From Chitinophagales bacterium (GTDB lineage Bacteria > Bacteroidota > Bacteroidia > Chitinophagales > JADJOU01), in contig JBEIDU010000004.1 in assembly GCA_040383345.1 (NCBI GenBank), positions 2,635 to 66,634 on the forward strand: a stretch of 64,000 bases of DNA, in the 5' to 3' direction. The stretch's first letter is position 1. Each line of letters begins with the position of its first letter. The notes under the pieces were generated by a model that did no database searches, was not told the origin of the DNA, and saw only the letters and a program-made list of their open reading frames with translations. Positions 40,677-50,109 of the stretch are shown piece after piece. Position numbers and translations under genes: made by a program.

Positions 40677-41570
40677 TCAAAACGAGGGATCTTGCCAAAA
40701 ATTGTGATGGGGACATAAATCAGCTGCTCGAATATCCAATGAAATTAATCCTAGCTCTTTTAGCACTTGAATGGCACCTTCAATTTTTAATTCAGGTGGA
40801 TCTAGAACATAGTTCCAATCTGTATCTGCTAACCAGAATTTCATATCTTGTATAGAAAATCCAAAAAAACTAGCGATATATTCTATTGACTGTTGTGCGT
40901 TTTGCTTGAATTTGTATGTATATTGGGCTATCATTTCCAGCATTTGGATTAGTACAACTTGATTTTCATACATAAAATCTTCACGAACTACAATGCTAAA
41001 ACTAGGCCAAGGCGTAGCAATTTCGCCTATTTTTCTTAATTGTCCCGAATCTACATATGGTTTCGTCATAAATCGTTCCCAAAGAAAAAGATGATTGGGA
41101 TTTTCTTGCATATTGCCCAATGCACCAATAAAATTACCGATAATACTAAAACTACTATCATCCATTACCCAGCTGAATTTTTTTGATAATAAATAGGCCA
41201 TCAAATGCGATCCTGAGTAATGCCGACTGATGCAAAAATGTGGTACTTTTATATCATCTAATGCGGTCAATGTTGTAGTTCTGTATGCGTAAATCCCCCA
41301 AATTAAAGGTGAATTGACATAGATTTGAATGATTTTGAATTTTTTTCCATCGGAGATTGACTTAATAGCACCTTCTGTAAGCATTATGGCTATATCCAAG
41401 GTCTTATTTTCCAGTGCTTGGATCAAATCGCCCGTTCCACCTCGGTAGTCGTGCCAGTCAAGCTCAATATTTTTGAGTGCAAAGAGTCCTTCGTCTATCG
41501 ATTTTCTCCAAGGAATATTGAAATGTTCGGGAACACCACCAATATTGAAATAATGTGCTTTTTGATTCAA
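40677..41570 (-). CDS. Type 2 periplasmic-binding-fold protein (Ca3427/SsuA-THI5-like)
   Basis: GGVPEHFNIPW, GGTG, LTEG, SPLIWG, ISR..SGSHLMA, FLWE.F.TKP, TPWPSF. Confidence 0.8.
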   Translation of the reverse strand: MNQKAHYFNIGGVPEHFNIPWRKSIDEGLFALKNIELDWHDYRGGTGDLIQALENKTLDIAIMLTEGAIKSISDGKKFKIIQIYVNSPLIWGIYAYRTTTLTALDDIKVPHFCISRHYSGSHLMAYLLSKKFSWVMDDSSFSIIGNFIGALGNMQENPNHLFLWERFMTKPYVDSGQLRKIGEIATPWPSFSIVVREDFMYENQVVLIQMLEMIAQYTYKFKQNAQQSIEYIASFFGFSIQDMKFWLADTDWNYVLDPPELKIEGAIQVLKELGLISLDIRAADLCPHHNFWQDPSF

Positions 41571-41585
41571 AATACAATTTTAATG

Positions 41586-41659
41586 TGACCTCGGAAGGAT
41601 TCGAACCCTCAACCCTCAGAGCCGAAATCTGATATTCTATCCAATTGAACTACGAGGCC
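41586..41659 (-). tRNA. tRNA-Arg (anticodon TCG)
   Basis: Reverse complement GGCCTCG...TCAGA-TT-TCG-GC-TCTGA...GGTTCGAATCC...CGAGGTC-A; no encoded CCA. Confidence 0.95.
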
Positions 41660-41697
41660 TAATATATCTGCAAAAATAATTATTTTTATATTTAAAC

Positions 41698-42429
41698 CTA
41701 ATATTTTCGCTTTTCAAGATTATAAAATGTAAAATATAAAAAAACAAAAATAATAGAACCAAAATATATGATATCTCTTGTATCTAAAACTCCTCTTGAA
41801 ATACTATCGTAATGATATGAAATACCAATATTTTTTATAATATATTCTGGCATACCGTCAAATGAAGCAAAATTAGAAACTAAATCAAATCCCCCAAAAC
41901 AAAAAGCACTCAATACGGCTGCCATAATGAATGCCACAATTTGATTTGTAGTTGCGGAGGATGCAAAAAGTCCAATTGCGCAGAATACACCCGATAACAT
42001 GATGAGTCCAATGTAACTTCCCATAACCCCACCATTATCAATATTTCCTTTTGGCAATCCTAATTGATAAATAGAGAAATAATAAATCAAAGTTGGGATT
42101 AATGATATAATAATCAATGCAATGCTTGCAAAATATTTTCCTAGAATAATATCCCAATCGGTCAAAGGTTTTGTGAAAATCCATTCTATAGTACCACTTT
42201 GTTTTTCTTCGCTTAAAAGTCGCATAGTGATGGCCGGTATAATTATTAAAAGTAAAATAGGTGCCAAAGAAAAGAACATCTCTAAGCTAGAATATCCATA
42301 GTTTAGCACACTATATGTAGGGAAAAACCATATCATAAATCCAGTAATACCCACAAATATCCCTATTGCCAAAAAACCAATTAGCGAAGAAAAAAAGGCA
42401 TGAATTTCTTTAATCAATATACTTTTCAT
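41698..42429 (-). CDS. gldF: Gliding motility-associated ABC transporter permease GldF
   Basis: KEI..FFSSLIG, PAITMRL.SEEK.SGTIE...TKP, T.NQIVAF, HYDSISRGVLDTRD. Confidence 0.9.
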   Translation of the reverse strand: MKSILIKEIHAFFSSLIGFLAIGIFVGITGFMIWFFPTYSVLNYGYSSLEMFFSLAPILLLIIIPAITMRLLSEEKQSGTIEWIFTKPLTDWDIILGKYFASIALIIISLIPTLIYYFSIYQLGLPKGNIDNGGVMGSYIGLIMLSGVFCAIGLFASSATTNQIVAFIMAAVLSAFCFGGFDLVSNFASFDGMPEYIIKNIGISYHYDSISRGVLDTRDIIYFGSIIFVFLYFTFYNLEKRKY

Positions 42430-43343
42430 TATTTTGTTTTTTGAGTCAATTCTTTAAATACAGCTTCTAAATCTCGAGTTTCCTGTTTCATACTCACGAT
42501 GGTCCATTGGCTTGATACAGCCTTATTGAACAGTTCTTGTCTTATATCTATTGTTTTATCTTGACTGTACACTTTATATTCGTTGCCTTCTTTTTCTACT
42601 TTTTTTACTCCTTTCACCGAATTTAGATCCTCTATCTGAATTTTTTCGGCAAATTCTATGCAGATAATAGTTTGATTACTAACATTAGATTTAAGTTGAG
42701 AGGTTTTATCATCTGCTACGATAGATCCTTTATTAATAATAATTACACGCTCGCACATGGCTTCTACTTCTTGCATAATATGTGTAGAAAGGAGAACCGT
42801 TTTTTCATTCCCAATATCTTTGATCAATTTTCGTATTTCTACCAATTGGTTAGGATCTAAACCTGAAGTAGGCTCATCTAAAATCAAGACGTCGGGATTG
42901 TGAATAATAGCTTGAGCTATACCCACGCGTTGTTTATATCCTTTTGATAGCTGATGTATTTTTTTATTCTGCTCTTGTGTCAATCCTGTAATTCCTATCA
43001 TATCTGCCACGCGCTGCATAGGATTGGCTAATTGATATACTTTTGCTACATAGTGAAGGTATTCTTTTACATACATTTCTTTATATAGTGGATTGCTTTC
43101 AGGTAAGTAGCCAATTCGTTTTTTTACTTCTTGTTCTTGTGCTCTTGTATCAAAATCACATACTTTTGCCAATCCTTCTGTTTGTGGAAGATAACAGGTA
43201 AGAATTTTCATCGTGGTTGATTTTCCTGCACCGTTTGGACCCAAAAAACCAACTATTTCTCCTTTTTTGACTTCAAAAGAAATAGAATCTATAGCTTTTT
43301 GTTCGCCGTAAATCTTGGTTAGGTTTTTTACAAGTATTGACAT
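42429..43343 (-). CDS. gldA: Gliding motility-associated ABC transporter ATPase GldA
   Basis: GFLGPNGAGKSTTMK, LSKGYKQRVG, LDEPTSGLDPNQL, LSTHIMQEV; coupled to gldF. Confidence 0.9.
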   Translation of the reverse strand: MSILVKNLTKIYGEQKAIDSISFEVKKGEIVGFLGPNGAGKSTTMKILTCYLPQTEGLAKVCDFDTRAQEQEVKKRIGYLPESNPLYKEMYVKEYLHYVAKVYQLANPMQRVADMIGITGLTQEQNKKIHQLSKGYKQRVGIAQAIIHNPDVLILDEPTSGLDPNQLVEIRKLIKDIGNEKTVLLSTHIMQEVEAMCERVIIINKGSIVADDKTSQLKSNVSNQTIICIEFAEKIQIEDLNSVKGVKKVEKEGNEYKVYSQDKTIDIRQELFNKAVSSQWTIVSMKQETRDLEAVFKELTQKTK

Positions 43344-43352
43344 ATTATGCGT

Positions 43353-44432
43353 TTATAAAAATTTATCTAATTTGTCTCGTTTTAAATCCGATGTGAAATT
43401 TTTTACTTCCTGTTCTTTACTTTTTGATAAAATCATTAAAGTGTCTTCAGTATCTATAATTATTGAATTTTCAATTCCTTCAATAATGGTTAGTTTATCC
43501 TTTTGGGATACAATCAAATTGTTGGAGGCATCATATATTCGAACCAAATTTCCATTAACGCCATTGCCCAAATAATCTTTTTCCATCAATTCATACAACG
43601 AACTCCATGTTCCCAAATCTGACCATTCAAAGTCAGCTGGAATTACACATACTTCTTTCGATCTTTCTAACAATGCATAGTCTATGGATATACTATGAAG
43701 TCTACTATATACATTGTCAACAGACTTTGTTTCATTGTTTGTATTTAAATCATCCTCTATCATTTTAAAAAACTCATAAGTGTCAGGCATATGGGCTTTA
43801 GATTCATTTACAAATGTCATGAAATTCCATACAAAAATACCTGCATTCCACAAGAAATCACCACTCTCTATAAATGTTTTTGCTAACTCTTCATTTGGTT
43901 TTTCTGTGAAGGTTTTTACATGTTTAAATTGCTTAGTATCATCTTCCAAATATTGGATGTATCCATATCCTGTTGCGGGCTTATTGGGTTTTATGCCAAT
44001 TGTCACAAGTTTTTTATTTTTACTGGCAAAGTCAAAGGCATTTTGAACCGTGTTGTTAAAATTAGATTCATTTAATATCAAATGATCAGCCGGTGCTATT
44101 AGTATGTTAGCATCTGGATAATTTTTGCCAATTTTAAAACATGAATATGCAATGCAAGGAGCTGTATTTTTTCTTTCAGGTTCTATAAATAAGTTATCTT
44201 TTGATATTTCAGGAATTTGTTCTATTATAAAATCAGAATATTCTTCAGTAGAAATAATATAAATATTTTTTTTTGGTACAATATTTTTGTATCGATTATA
44301 TGTAGATTGAAGAAGTGTATGTCCAGTTCCCAAAACATCTAAAAATTGTTTGGGTTTACGAACTTTGCTGTGAGGCCAAAAACGTGTTCCCATTCCACCA
44401 GCTATTATTACTACATAATTATTATTGTTCAT
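43353..44432 (-). CDS. manC: Mannose-1-phosphate guanylyltransferase
   Basis: IAGGMGTRFWP.S....PKQF, EP.RKNTAP, PADH, TGYGYI, FTEKP, WNAGIF, WSDLGTW. Confidence 0.93.
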   Translation of the reverse strand: MNNNNYVVIIAGGMGTRFWPHSKVRKPKQFLDVLGTGHTLLQSTYNRYKNIVPKKNIYIISTEEYSDFIIEQIPEISKDNLFIEPERKNTAPCIAYSCFKIGKNYPDANILIAPADHLILNESNFNNTVQNAFDFASKNKKLVTIGIKPNKPATGYGYIQYLEDDTKQFKHVKTFTEKPNEELAKTFIESGDFLWNAGIFVWNFMTFVNESKAHMPDTYEFFKMIEDDLNTNNETKSVDNVYSRLHSISIDYALLERSKEVCVIPADFEWSDLGTWSSLYELMEKDYLGNGVNGNLVRIYDASNNLIVSQKDKLTIIEGIENSIIIDTEDTLMILSKSKEQEVKNFTSDLKRDKLDKFL

Positions 44433-44608
44433 TTACTTTCTTTTCAGTTACAATTTGTTGTATCTAATTTGCAAATATAAAGTAACTTACTTAAATCTAC
44501 ATTCCATTTCTTATAAAACTTGTATTTATTTTAATTAAAATGTTTTAACATCCTTCAGAATTTTATTTTTCTTACATTTGCATCTACTTTGGATAGTTAA
44601 AATACATT

Positions 44609-45616
44609 ATGAGCAATTTTGAATCCTTATTAAAAGAGTTTAACCATAAAAAATATAGTGAATCCTATGTTTTTTATGGCGATGAGCCTTTTTTTATTGA
44701 TAAATTGACTGAAATTGCATTGGAAAATTGTATAGACGATAGTGAAAAAGATTTTTGTCAAAAAGTTTTTTATGGCAAAGAATCGAATTTTCATGATATT
44801 AGAAATTATTGCCTCAAATCACCAATGTCTTTTTCTTCTAATCCAAAACAATTAGTAATAGTAAAAGAGGCTCAAGCTATAACAAAAGATTATGATGTCA
44901 TAGCCAAGTATATTGAATCCCCTAATCCTATTACAACTCTTATACTCGTATTTCGAGATACTAAATTAAACAAAGCCATTCCTAAACAAGCAACTTTTTT
45001 TAAATCAGAAAAATTGCATATTACAAAGGAATTGCCAAAATGGATTCGGGATCAATTTGCTATTCATCAACTCAAGATTACTGAAATTGCTGTTCGACAA
45101 ATAGTTGAATTTCTAGGAAATAATCTTGAAAATATAGCCAATGAAATTCAAAAATTGAGCTTAGGAGTCAAGGATAAATCTAAAGAAATTTCAGAACAAG
45201 ATATTTTTAATAATTTTGGAATTCTTAAAGAGTATACCCCTTTTGAACTTAACGATGCTTTGGGAGATAAAAATGCTTTAAAAACATTTAAAATCATAAC
45301 TTTTCTCTCTAAAAATCCAAAATTAATGCCTGTTGAGGTAATTATATCTAATTTATATACCTTTTTTCTATTATTATACAAAATCAAATTGGCTAAAAGA
45401 ATGCGCCTTGATGATTCCGCAATAGCAAATAATTTAAATATGCCTAGCTGGATGATAAATAAAAACAGTAGTTTTGCGGTAAAATATAGTATAGAACAAT
45501 TAGAAAATGCACTCATTACAATCTCTTTGTTCGATAAACGTAATAAAGGAATCTCAGTTTCACAATTAGAATACGACCAATTTTTAAAAGAATTGTGTCT
45601 AAGATTAATGGCCTAA
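44609..45616 (+). CDS. holA: DNA polymerase III delta subunit
   Basis: YGDEPFFID, DF....FYGKE, LVIVKEAQ, NEIQKL, GILKEY..FEL. Confidence 0.88.
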   Translation: MSNFESLLKEFNHKKYSESYVFYGDEPFFIDKLTEIALENCIDDSEKDFCQKVFYGKESNFHDIRNYCLKSPMSFSSNPKQLVIVKEAQAITKDYDVIAKYIESPNPITTLILVFRDTKLNKAIPKQATFFKSEKLHITKELPKWIRDQFAIHQLKITEIAVRQIVEFLGNNLENIANEIQKLSLGVKDKSKEISEQDIFNNFGILKEYTPFELNDALGDKNALKTFKIITFLSKNPKLMPVEVIISNLYTFFLLLYKIKLAKRMRLDDSAIANNLNMPSWMINKNSSFAVKYSIEQLENALITISLFDKRNKGISVSQLEYDQFLKELCLRLMA

Positions 45617-45709
45617 ATTAGGAGTTTCTTATTTTATTTATCTACTTTGATTATTTGTATTTATATACTTATAAGTCACATAAAACAAAATTATTATTTT
45701 TTTTAACAA

Positions 45710-45758
45710 TTTTACCAAACAAACGTTTGGTAAAATAAAAAATTTTATCGTAACTTTG
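45710..45758 (+). promoter_or_regulatory. Perfect 11-bp inverted repeat overlapping the acyl-CoA dehydrogenase promoter
   Basis: TTTTACCAAAC-aaac-GTTTGGTAAAA (45710-45735); TAACTTTG -7 element at 45751-45758. Confidence 0.7.
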
Positions 45759-45778
45759 CAAAACAAAATAATAAAGTT

Positions 45779-47557
45779 ATGAACCTAGAATCAAAAAACA
45801 TATTAAAAGGGGGTGAATTTTTAATAAAAGAACAAGCTCTTGAGGATGTATTTATCCGAGAAGAATTGAGTGAAGAAGCTATACAGTTTGCTGAAATGGT
45901 AGAGGAGTTTGTACAAAAGAAAATTTCACCCAATTTTGACAAAATAGATAAAGGCGATTATGATTTATTAACCAACTTGCTCAAAGAATCAGGTGAATTG
46001 GGAATGCTCAGCATGAGCTTACCAGAGGAATATGGTGGAATGAATATTGATTTCAATACAGAGTCTGCCGTAGGCGAGGAATTAGGTAAATCCCATTCCT
46101 TTTCTGTAGCTTGTGCTGCCCATACAGGAATTGGTACGTTACCTATTCTGTATTTTGGTACCGATGCTCAAAAAAAGAACTATTTACCTGATTTGGGAAG
46201 TGGAGCTAAGTTTGCCAGCTATTGTCTTACAGAGCCTTGGAGTGGAAGTGATGCTTTGGGTGCCAAAACAAAAGCCATTTTGTCTGAAGACGGACAAAAC
46301 TATATTCTCAATGGACAAAAAATGTGGATAACCAATGCTGGATTTGCGCAAGTTTTTATCGTATTTGCGCAAGTAGACGGTGATAAATTTACAGGTTTTA
46401 TTGTAGATAAAGACACTCCAGGATTGACTTTGGGCGCTGAAGAAGATAAAATGGGTATAAAGGGAAGCAGTACGCGTCAAGTATTTCTTGAAAATGTAAA
46501 AGTTCCGGTGGTCAATGTTTTGGGTGAAATTGGTAAAGGGCATAAGATAGCCTTCAATGTTCTCAATATTGGTAGATATAAATTGTGTGTGATGGCAATG
46601 GGTGGTGCCAAAGAGACCTTTAAACTGGGTGTGAATTATGCTAAAGAAAGAACACAATTTGGGAAACCTATAGCTACATTTGGTGCTATAAGAGAAAAGA
46701 TTGCAGATATGTATGTTTCGATTTATGCTACCGAATCGGCTTCTTATAGGGTTAGTGGGTTGATTGAAGATAAAGTAGCGGAGTTGACAGCGAGTGGTAT
46801 TACAAAACATGAAGCCAAGCTAGCCGCAGCAGAGGAATATAGCATTGAGTGTGCTGCTCTAAAAGTTATGGGCAGCGAAACTCTCGATCTAGTAGTAGAT
46901 GAAGTAGTGCAAATATATGGTGGAATGGGCTTTAGCGAAGAAGCTCCAGCCGCACGTGCATACAGAGATAGTCGTATCAATCGTATTTTTGAAGGAACCA
47001 ATGAAATTAATCGATTGTTAGCGGTTGGAACTATTGTTAAGCGAGCTATGAAAGGCCAGCTAGATTTAATGAAACCATCTATGCAGGCTCAAAAAGATTT
47101 GATGAATATCGATTTTGGCGACGAAAGCAATGCATTATTTGCTACTGAGAAAAAAGCAATTGAACAAGCTAAAAAAGCCGTATTACTTGTAGCGGGGGGC
47201 GCTATCCAGAAATACATGATGGATTTCGAAAATCAACAAGAGGTCATATTGAAAATTTCTGATATGGCATTTGATGTATTTGCAGCGGAAAGTATTTTTT
47301 TGAGAGCCTCCAAATTGGCCCAGAAAAATGGTGGTAAACTCGATGAGAAATCATCTGCTTTACTCAAAATATTTGTAAGTGAAGCTATGGAACGCATCTA
47401 CAGCAATGGAAAAAAAGCTAGTGCTGATTTTGCCGAAGGCGATATGCTTACTATGATGAATATGGGTATAAAAAGATACACAAAATATCCTGTTATTAAT
47501 GTTATAGGATTGAAAAAAACAATAGCTCAATATGCTATAGATAAAGGATTTTTTTAG
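45779..47557 (+). CDS. Acyl-CoA dehydrogenase (FadE/ACAD9-VLCAD-like)
   Basis: YCLTEP.SGSDA, NGQKMWITN, KMGIKGSST, R.QFGKPI, QIYGGMG, YRDSRINRIFEGTNEINR. Confidence 0.95.
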   Translation: MNLESKNILKGGEFLIKEQALEDVFIREELSEEAIQFAEMVEEFVQKKISPNFDKIDKGDYDLLTNLLKESGELGMLSMSLPEEYGGMNIDFNTESAVGEELGKSHSFSVACAAHTGIGTLPILYFGTDAQKKNYLPDLGSGAKFASYCLTEPWSGSDALGAKTKAILSEDGQNYILNGQKMWITNAGFAQVFIVFAQVDGDKFTGFIVDKDTPGLTLGAEEDKMGIKGSSTRQVFLENVKVPVVNVLGEIGKGHKIAFNVLNIGRYKLCVMAMGGAKETFKLGVNYAKERTQFGKPIATFGAIREKIADMYVSIYATESASYRVSGLIEDKVAELTASGITKHEAKLAAAEEYSIECAALKVMGSETLDLVVDEVVQIYGGMGFSEEAPAARAYRDSRINRIFEGTNEINRLLAVGTIVKRAMKGQLDLMKPSMQAQKDLMNIDFGDESNALFATEKKAIEQAKKAVLLVAGGAIQKYMMDFENQQEVILKISDMAFDVFAAESIFLRASKLAQKNGGKLDEKSSALLKIFVSEAMERIYSNGKKASADFAEGDMLTMMNMGIKRYTKYPVINVIGLKKTIAQYAIDKGFF

Positions 47558-47576
47558 TTTTTTATAGTTTAGTTTT

Positions 47577-47614
47577 TTCATAAAAAGCACAATAAATATT
47601 GTGCTTTTTATGAA
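47577..47614. terminator. 18-bp perfect inverted repeat; bidirectional terminator between convergent genes
   Basis: TTCATAAAAAGCACAATA-aa-TATTGTGCTTTTTATGAA. Confidence 0.8.
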
Positions 47615-47662
47615 TTTTTATTCAATTGCTTTGAATTAAATAAAAACAATTTACTTAAAAAT

Positions 47663-48220
47663 TTATTTTAGTAATGCTTCTATATTAGCTATAACTGAAG
47701 AATCCGAAATCTTTGTTTTTGGATTAATAGCTTTGACCATATTCCCTTCTCTATCAATCAAAAATTTTTGAAAGTTCCATTTAATGGATGCATCTTCAAG
47801 GTTATTATATTTTTTTTGAGTTAGAAATTGATAAAGAGGATGGATATCGCTACCTTTTACAGAAATTTTAGAAAACATATCAAAAGTGACGCAATAATTC
47901 ATTTGGCAGAAACTAGCTATTTCGCTATCCTCACCAGGTTCTTGCCATAGAAAATTATTGGCTGGAAATCCTAAAATTACAAATCCTTGATCTTTATATT
48001 TTTTATAAGTTGCTTCTAGATCTTTGTATTGTGGAGTAAGACCACATTTGCTCGCCACATTAACGATTAGAATTACCTTACCTTTGTAGTCAGATAGTGA
48101 TTTTTCGCTCCCATTGAGCATTTTCATTTTGAAGTCATAGATGGATTTTTGTTCCAAATCGGGGAATTTATTTTGGCACAAACCTAATAGGCCAAGAAAT
48201 GATAAAAAAAGAGATTTCAT
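47663..48220 (-). CDS. Glutathione peroxidase family (Cys-type, probably exported)
   Basis: NVASKCGLTPQY, GFPANNF..QEPG, WNFQKFLID. Confidence 0.93.
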   Translation of the reverse strand: MKSLFLSFLGLLGLCQNKFPDLEQKSIYDFKMKMLNGSEKSLSDYKGKVILIVNVASKCGLTPQYKDLEATYKKYKDQGFVILGFPANNFLWQEPGEDSEIASFCQMNYCVTFDMFSKISVKGSDIHPLYQFLTQKKYNNLEDASIKWNFQKFLIDREGNMVKAINPKTKISDSSVIANIEALLK

Positions 48221-48250
48221 ATAAAACTATTTATGTTAACGATTAAAAAA

Positions 48251-49861
48251 TTAAAAATCTTCATTGATAAAATCATTGTCAAAACTGTCATCATTCATTT
48301 TTGAAGGAATCGTTTTTGTAGTTAAATTTTCCCCAATATCATCTAACGCAAAAGGATTTCCCGATCCCGGAGGCCCAAAATTAGTTGTATTTAAGTTATC
48401 AAATCCTCCTGATGGTCCATAACTATCGTCATAATCGGCATATTTTACATATTGACCTATGAAACGTGCTTTTACAGTATCAGTTTCTCCATTTCTATGT
48501 TTTTCTACAATAATTTCAGCAATTCCTTTTAATGAGTTTCCTTCTTCGTCAATAGCTTCTTTATCATAATATTCGGGACGATAGAGAAAAATTACCATAT
48601 CTGCATCTTGTTCTATGGATCCTGATTCTCTTAAATCCGATAGCATAGGTCGAGCACCTTTTTTTCCACTTCCTCTTTGTTCTGCCTGACGACTTAATTG
48701 TGCTAAAGCTATTACGGGGATTTCTAGTTCTTTTGCTATTGCTTTTAAAGATCGAGAAATAAATGCAATTTCTTGCTCTCTATTTGTGATAGATTTACCC
48801 CTTCCGTCACCTACATTGGCAGTCATCAATTGGAGGTAATCTACAATTATTAAGTCAAGTCCTTTTTCACGTTTTATTTTTCGCACTTTTTTTCTAAAAT
48901 CCATTACGCTTAACCCCGCTGTATCATCAATAAAAAGATTAGCTTTGTTTAATGAGCCAATTTTAGTAGTTATTTGTTCTATTTCGGCAGGGGTAAGTGT
49001 CCCGCGTTGAATTTTGGTTTGGTCAATTTCACTTTCCATAGATATTAATCTCTGAAGAATTTGATGTGTAGACATTTCTAGTGAGAAAAACGCCACTGAT
49101 TTTTTGTCTGTTACAGAGGCATTTCGAGCCAGCGCAAGAGTAAATGCAGTTTTTCCCATACCTGGACGACCTGCTACAATAATTAGATCGCTTTTTTGCC
49201 ATCCTCCAGTCAAGTCGTCTAGTTTTTTAAAACCTGTTTGAACTCCTTGAATTTTATTTTCTTTGGCAATATTTACGCGTTCCTTTAATTTGCCTATGGC
49301 TTCTATCAAAACAGAATTAATTTGAGTTGGGTCCTTGCTTGTATAATTATCAGCAAGTTTGTATATTTTGGATTCAGCTTCATCTAATAGTTCGAATACA
49401 TCTTTGGTATTATCATATGCATCTTCGATCGTTTCGTTTCCAAGCTTAATTAGTTCGCGTTGGATATATTTTTGAGCTACAATTCTAGAGTGAAACTCTA
49501 CATTGGCACTACTCGCTACCGTATTCGACAGTTCAATTAAATATGCTGGACCTCCAATCATTTCTAATGTGCCTTCTTTTGCAAGTTGTTCTGCTAAAAC
49601 TCCAATATCTATTGGTTCATTTCTAGCGCTGAGATTGAGTGCAGCAGAAAATATTTTTTGATGATTTGGCATATAAAAAGAAGAATCTGTAAGAATTTCT
49701 CTTACAGTATCTATTGCTTCCTTATCTATCATTATGGCTGCCAAAACGGCTTTTTCCATATCGATATTTTGGGGTGATTTTTTACCTAAATCTATATCTT
49801 TAATCTTCTTATTCAGTAGATTAGATTGAAAACGTTGTATCGTTTCTTTTTGGTCTATCAT
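48251..49861 (-). CDS. dnaB: Replicative DNA helicase
   Basis: AGRPGMGKTA, FSLEM, VDYLQL, LAQLSR, LSDLRESGSIEQDAD, KHRNG. Confidence 0.98.
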   Translation of the reverse strand: MIDQKETIQRFQSNLLNKKIKDIDLGKKSPQNIDMEKAVLAAIMIDKEAIDTVREILTDSSFYMPNHQKIFSAALNLSARNEPIDIGVLAEQLAKEGTLEMIGGPAYLIELSNTVASSANVEFHSRIVAQKYIQRELIKLGNETIEDAYDNTKDVFELLDEAESKIYKLADNYTSKDPTQINSVLIEAIGKLKERVNIAKENKIQGVQTGFKKLDDLTGGWQKSDLIIVAGRPGMGKTAFTLALARNASVTDKKSVAFFSLEMSTHQILQRLISMESEIDQTKIQRGTLTPAEIEQITTKIGSLNKANLFIDDTAGLSVMDFRKKVRKIKREKGLDLIIVDYLQLMTANVGDGRGKSITNREQEIAFISRSLKAIAKELEIPVIALAQLSRQAEQRGSGKKGARPMLSDLRESGSIEQDADMVIFLYRPEYYDKEAIDEEGNSLKGIAEIIVEKHRNGETDTVKARFIGQYVKYADYDDSYGPSGGFDNLNTTNFGPPGSGNPFALDDIGENLTTKTIPSKMNDDSFDNDFINEDF

Positions 49862-49984
49862 CTTATATTTATTTGTAAATGAGTGTATTGTGTATTGAAT
49901 TTATCTATTTTAATATAGAAGTGTTACTTACTGCAAAGTTAATTTAATATTTTTCTAAATAGAACTTAACTTCAAGAACATTAC

Positions 49985-50109
49985 TGTTGATAAGATATTT
50001 TTTTGTGAAAACAGTGTGGATAACTTTGATTTTTTTGTGGATTAAAATTTTAATCAATTGATAAATATGAACTAATTTTGTTTCGTATTAAAAAATTAAC
50101 TGTTGAAAA
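49985..50109 (-). promoter_or_regulatory. Cluster of co-oriented DnaA boxes
   Basis: Plus strand reads TGTTGATAA (49985), TGTGAAAAC (50004), TGTGGATAA (50015, perfect TTATCCACA), TGTGGATTA (50036), TGTTGAAAA (50101). Confidence 0.65.

Noticed and set aside
46184-46810. 208-aa antisense ORF and the many other short antisense or alternate-frame ORFs in the track
   Set aside because: They are shadows of strongly supported genes and carry no recognisable motifs.
47663-48220. Selenocysteine glutathione peroxidase
   Set aside because: The active-site codon is Cys (TGT) and the frame has no internal TGA.
48251-49861. Intein in DnaB
   Set aside because: 536 aa with contiguous helicase motifs; the extra length is an acidic low-complexity C-terminal tail.
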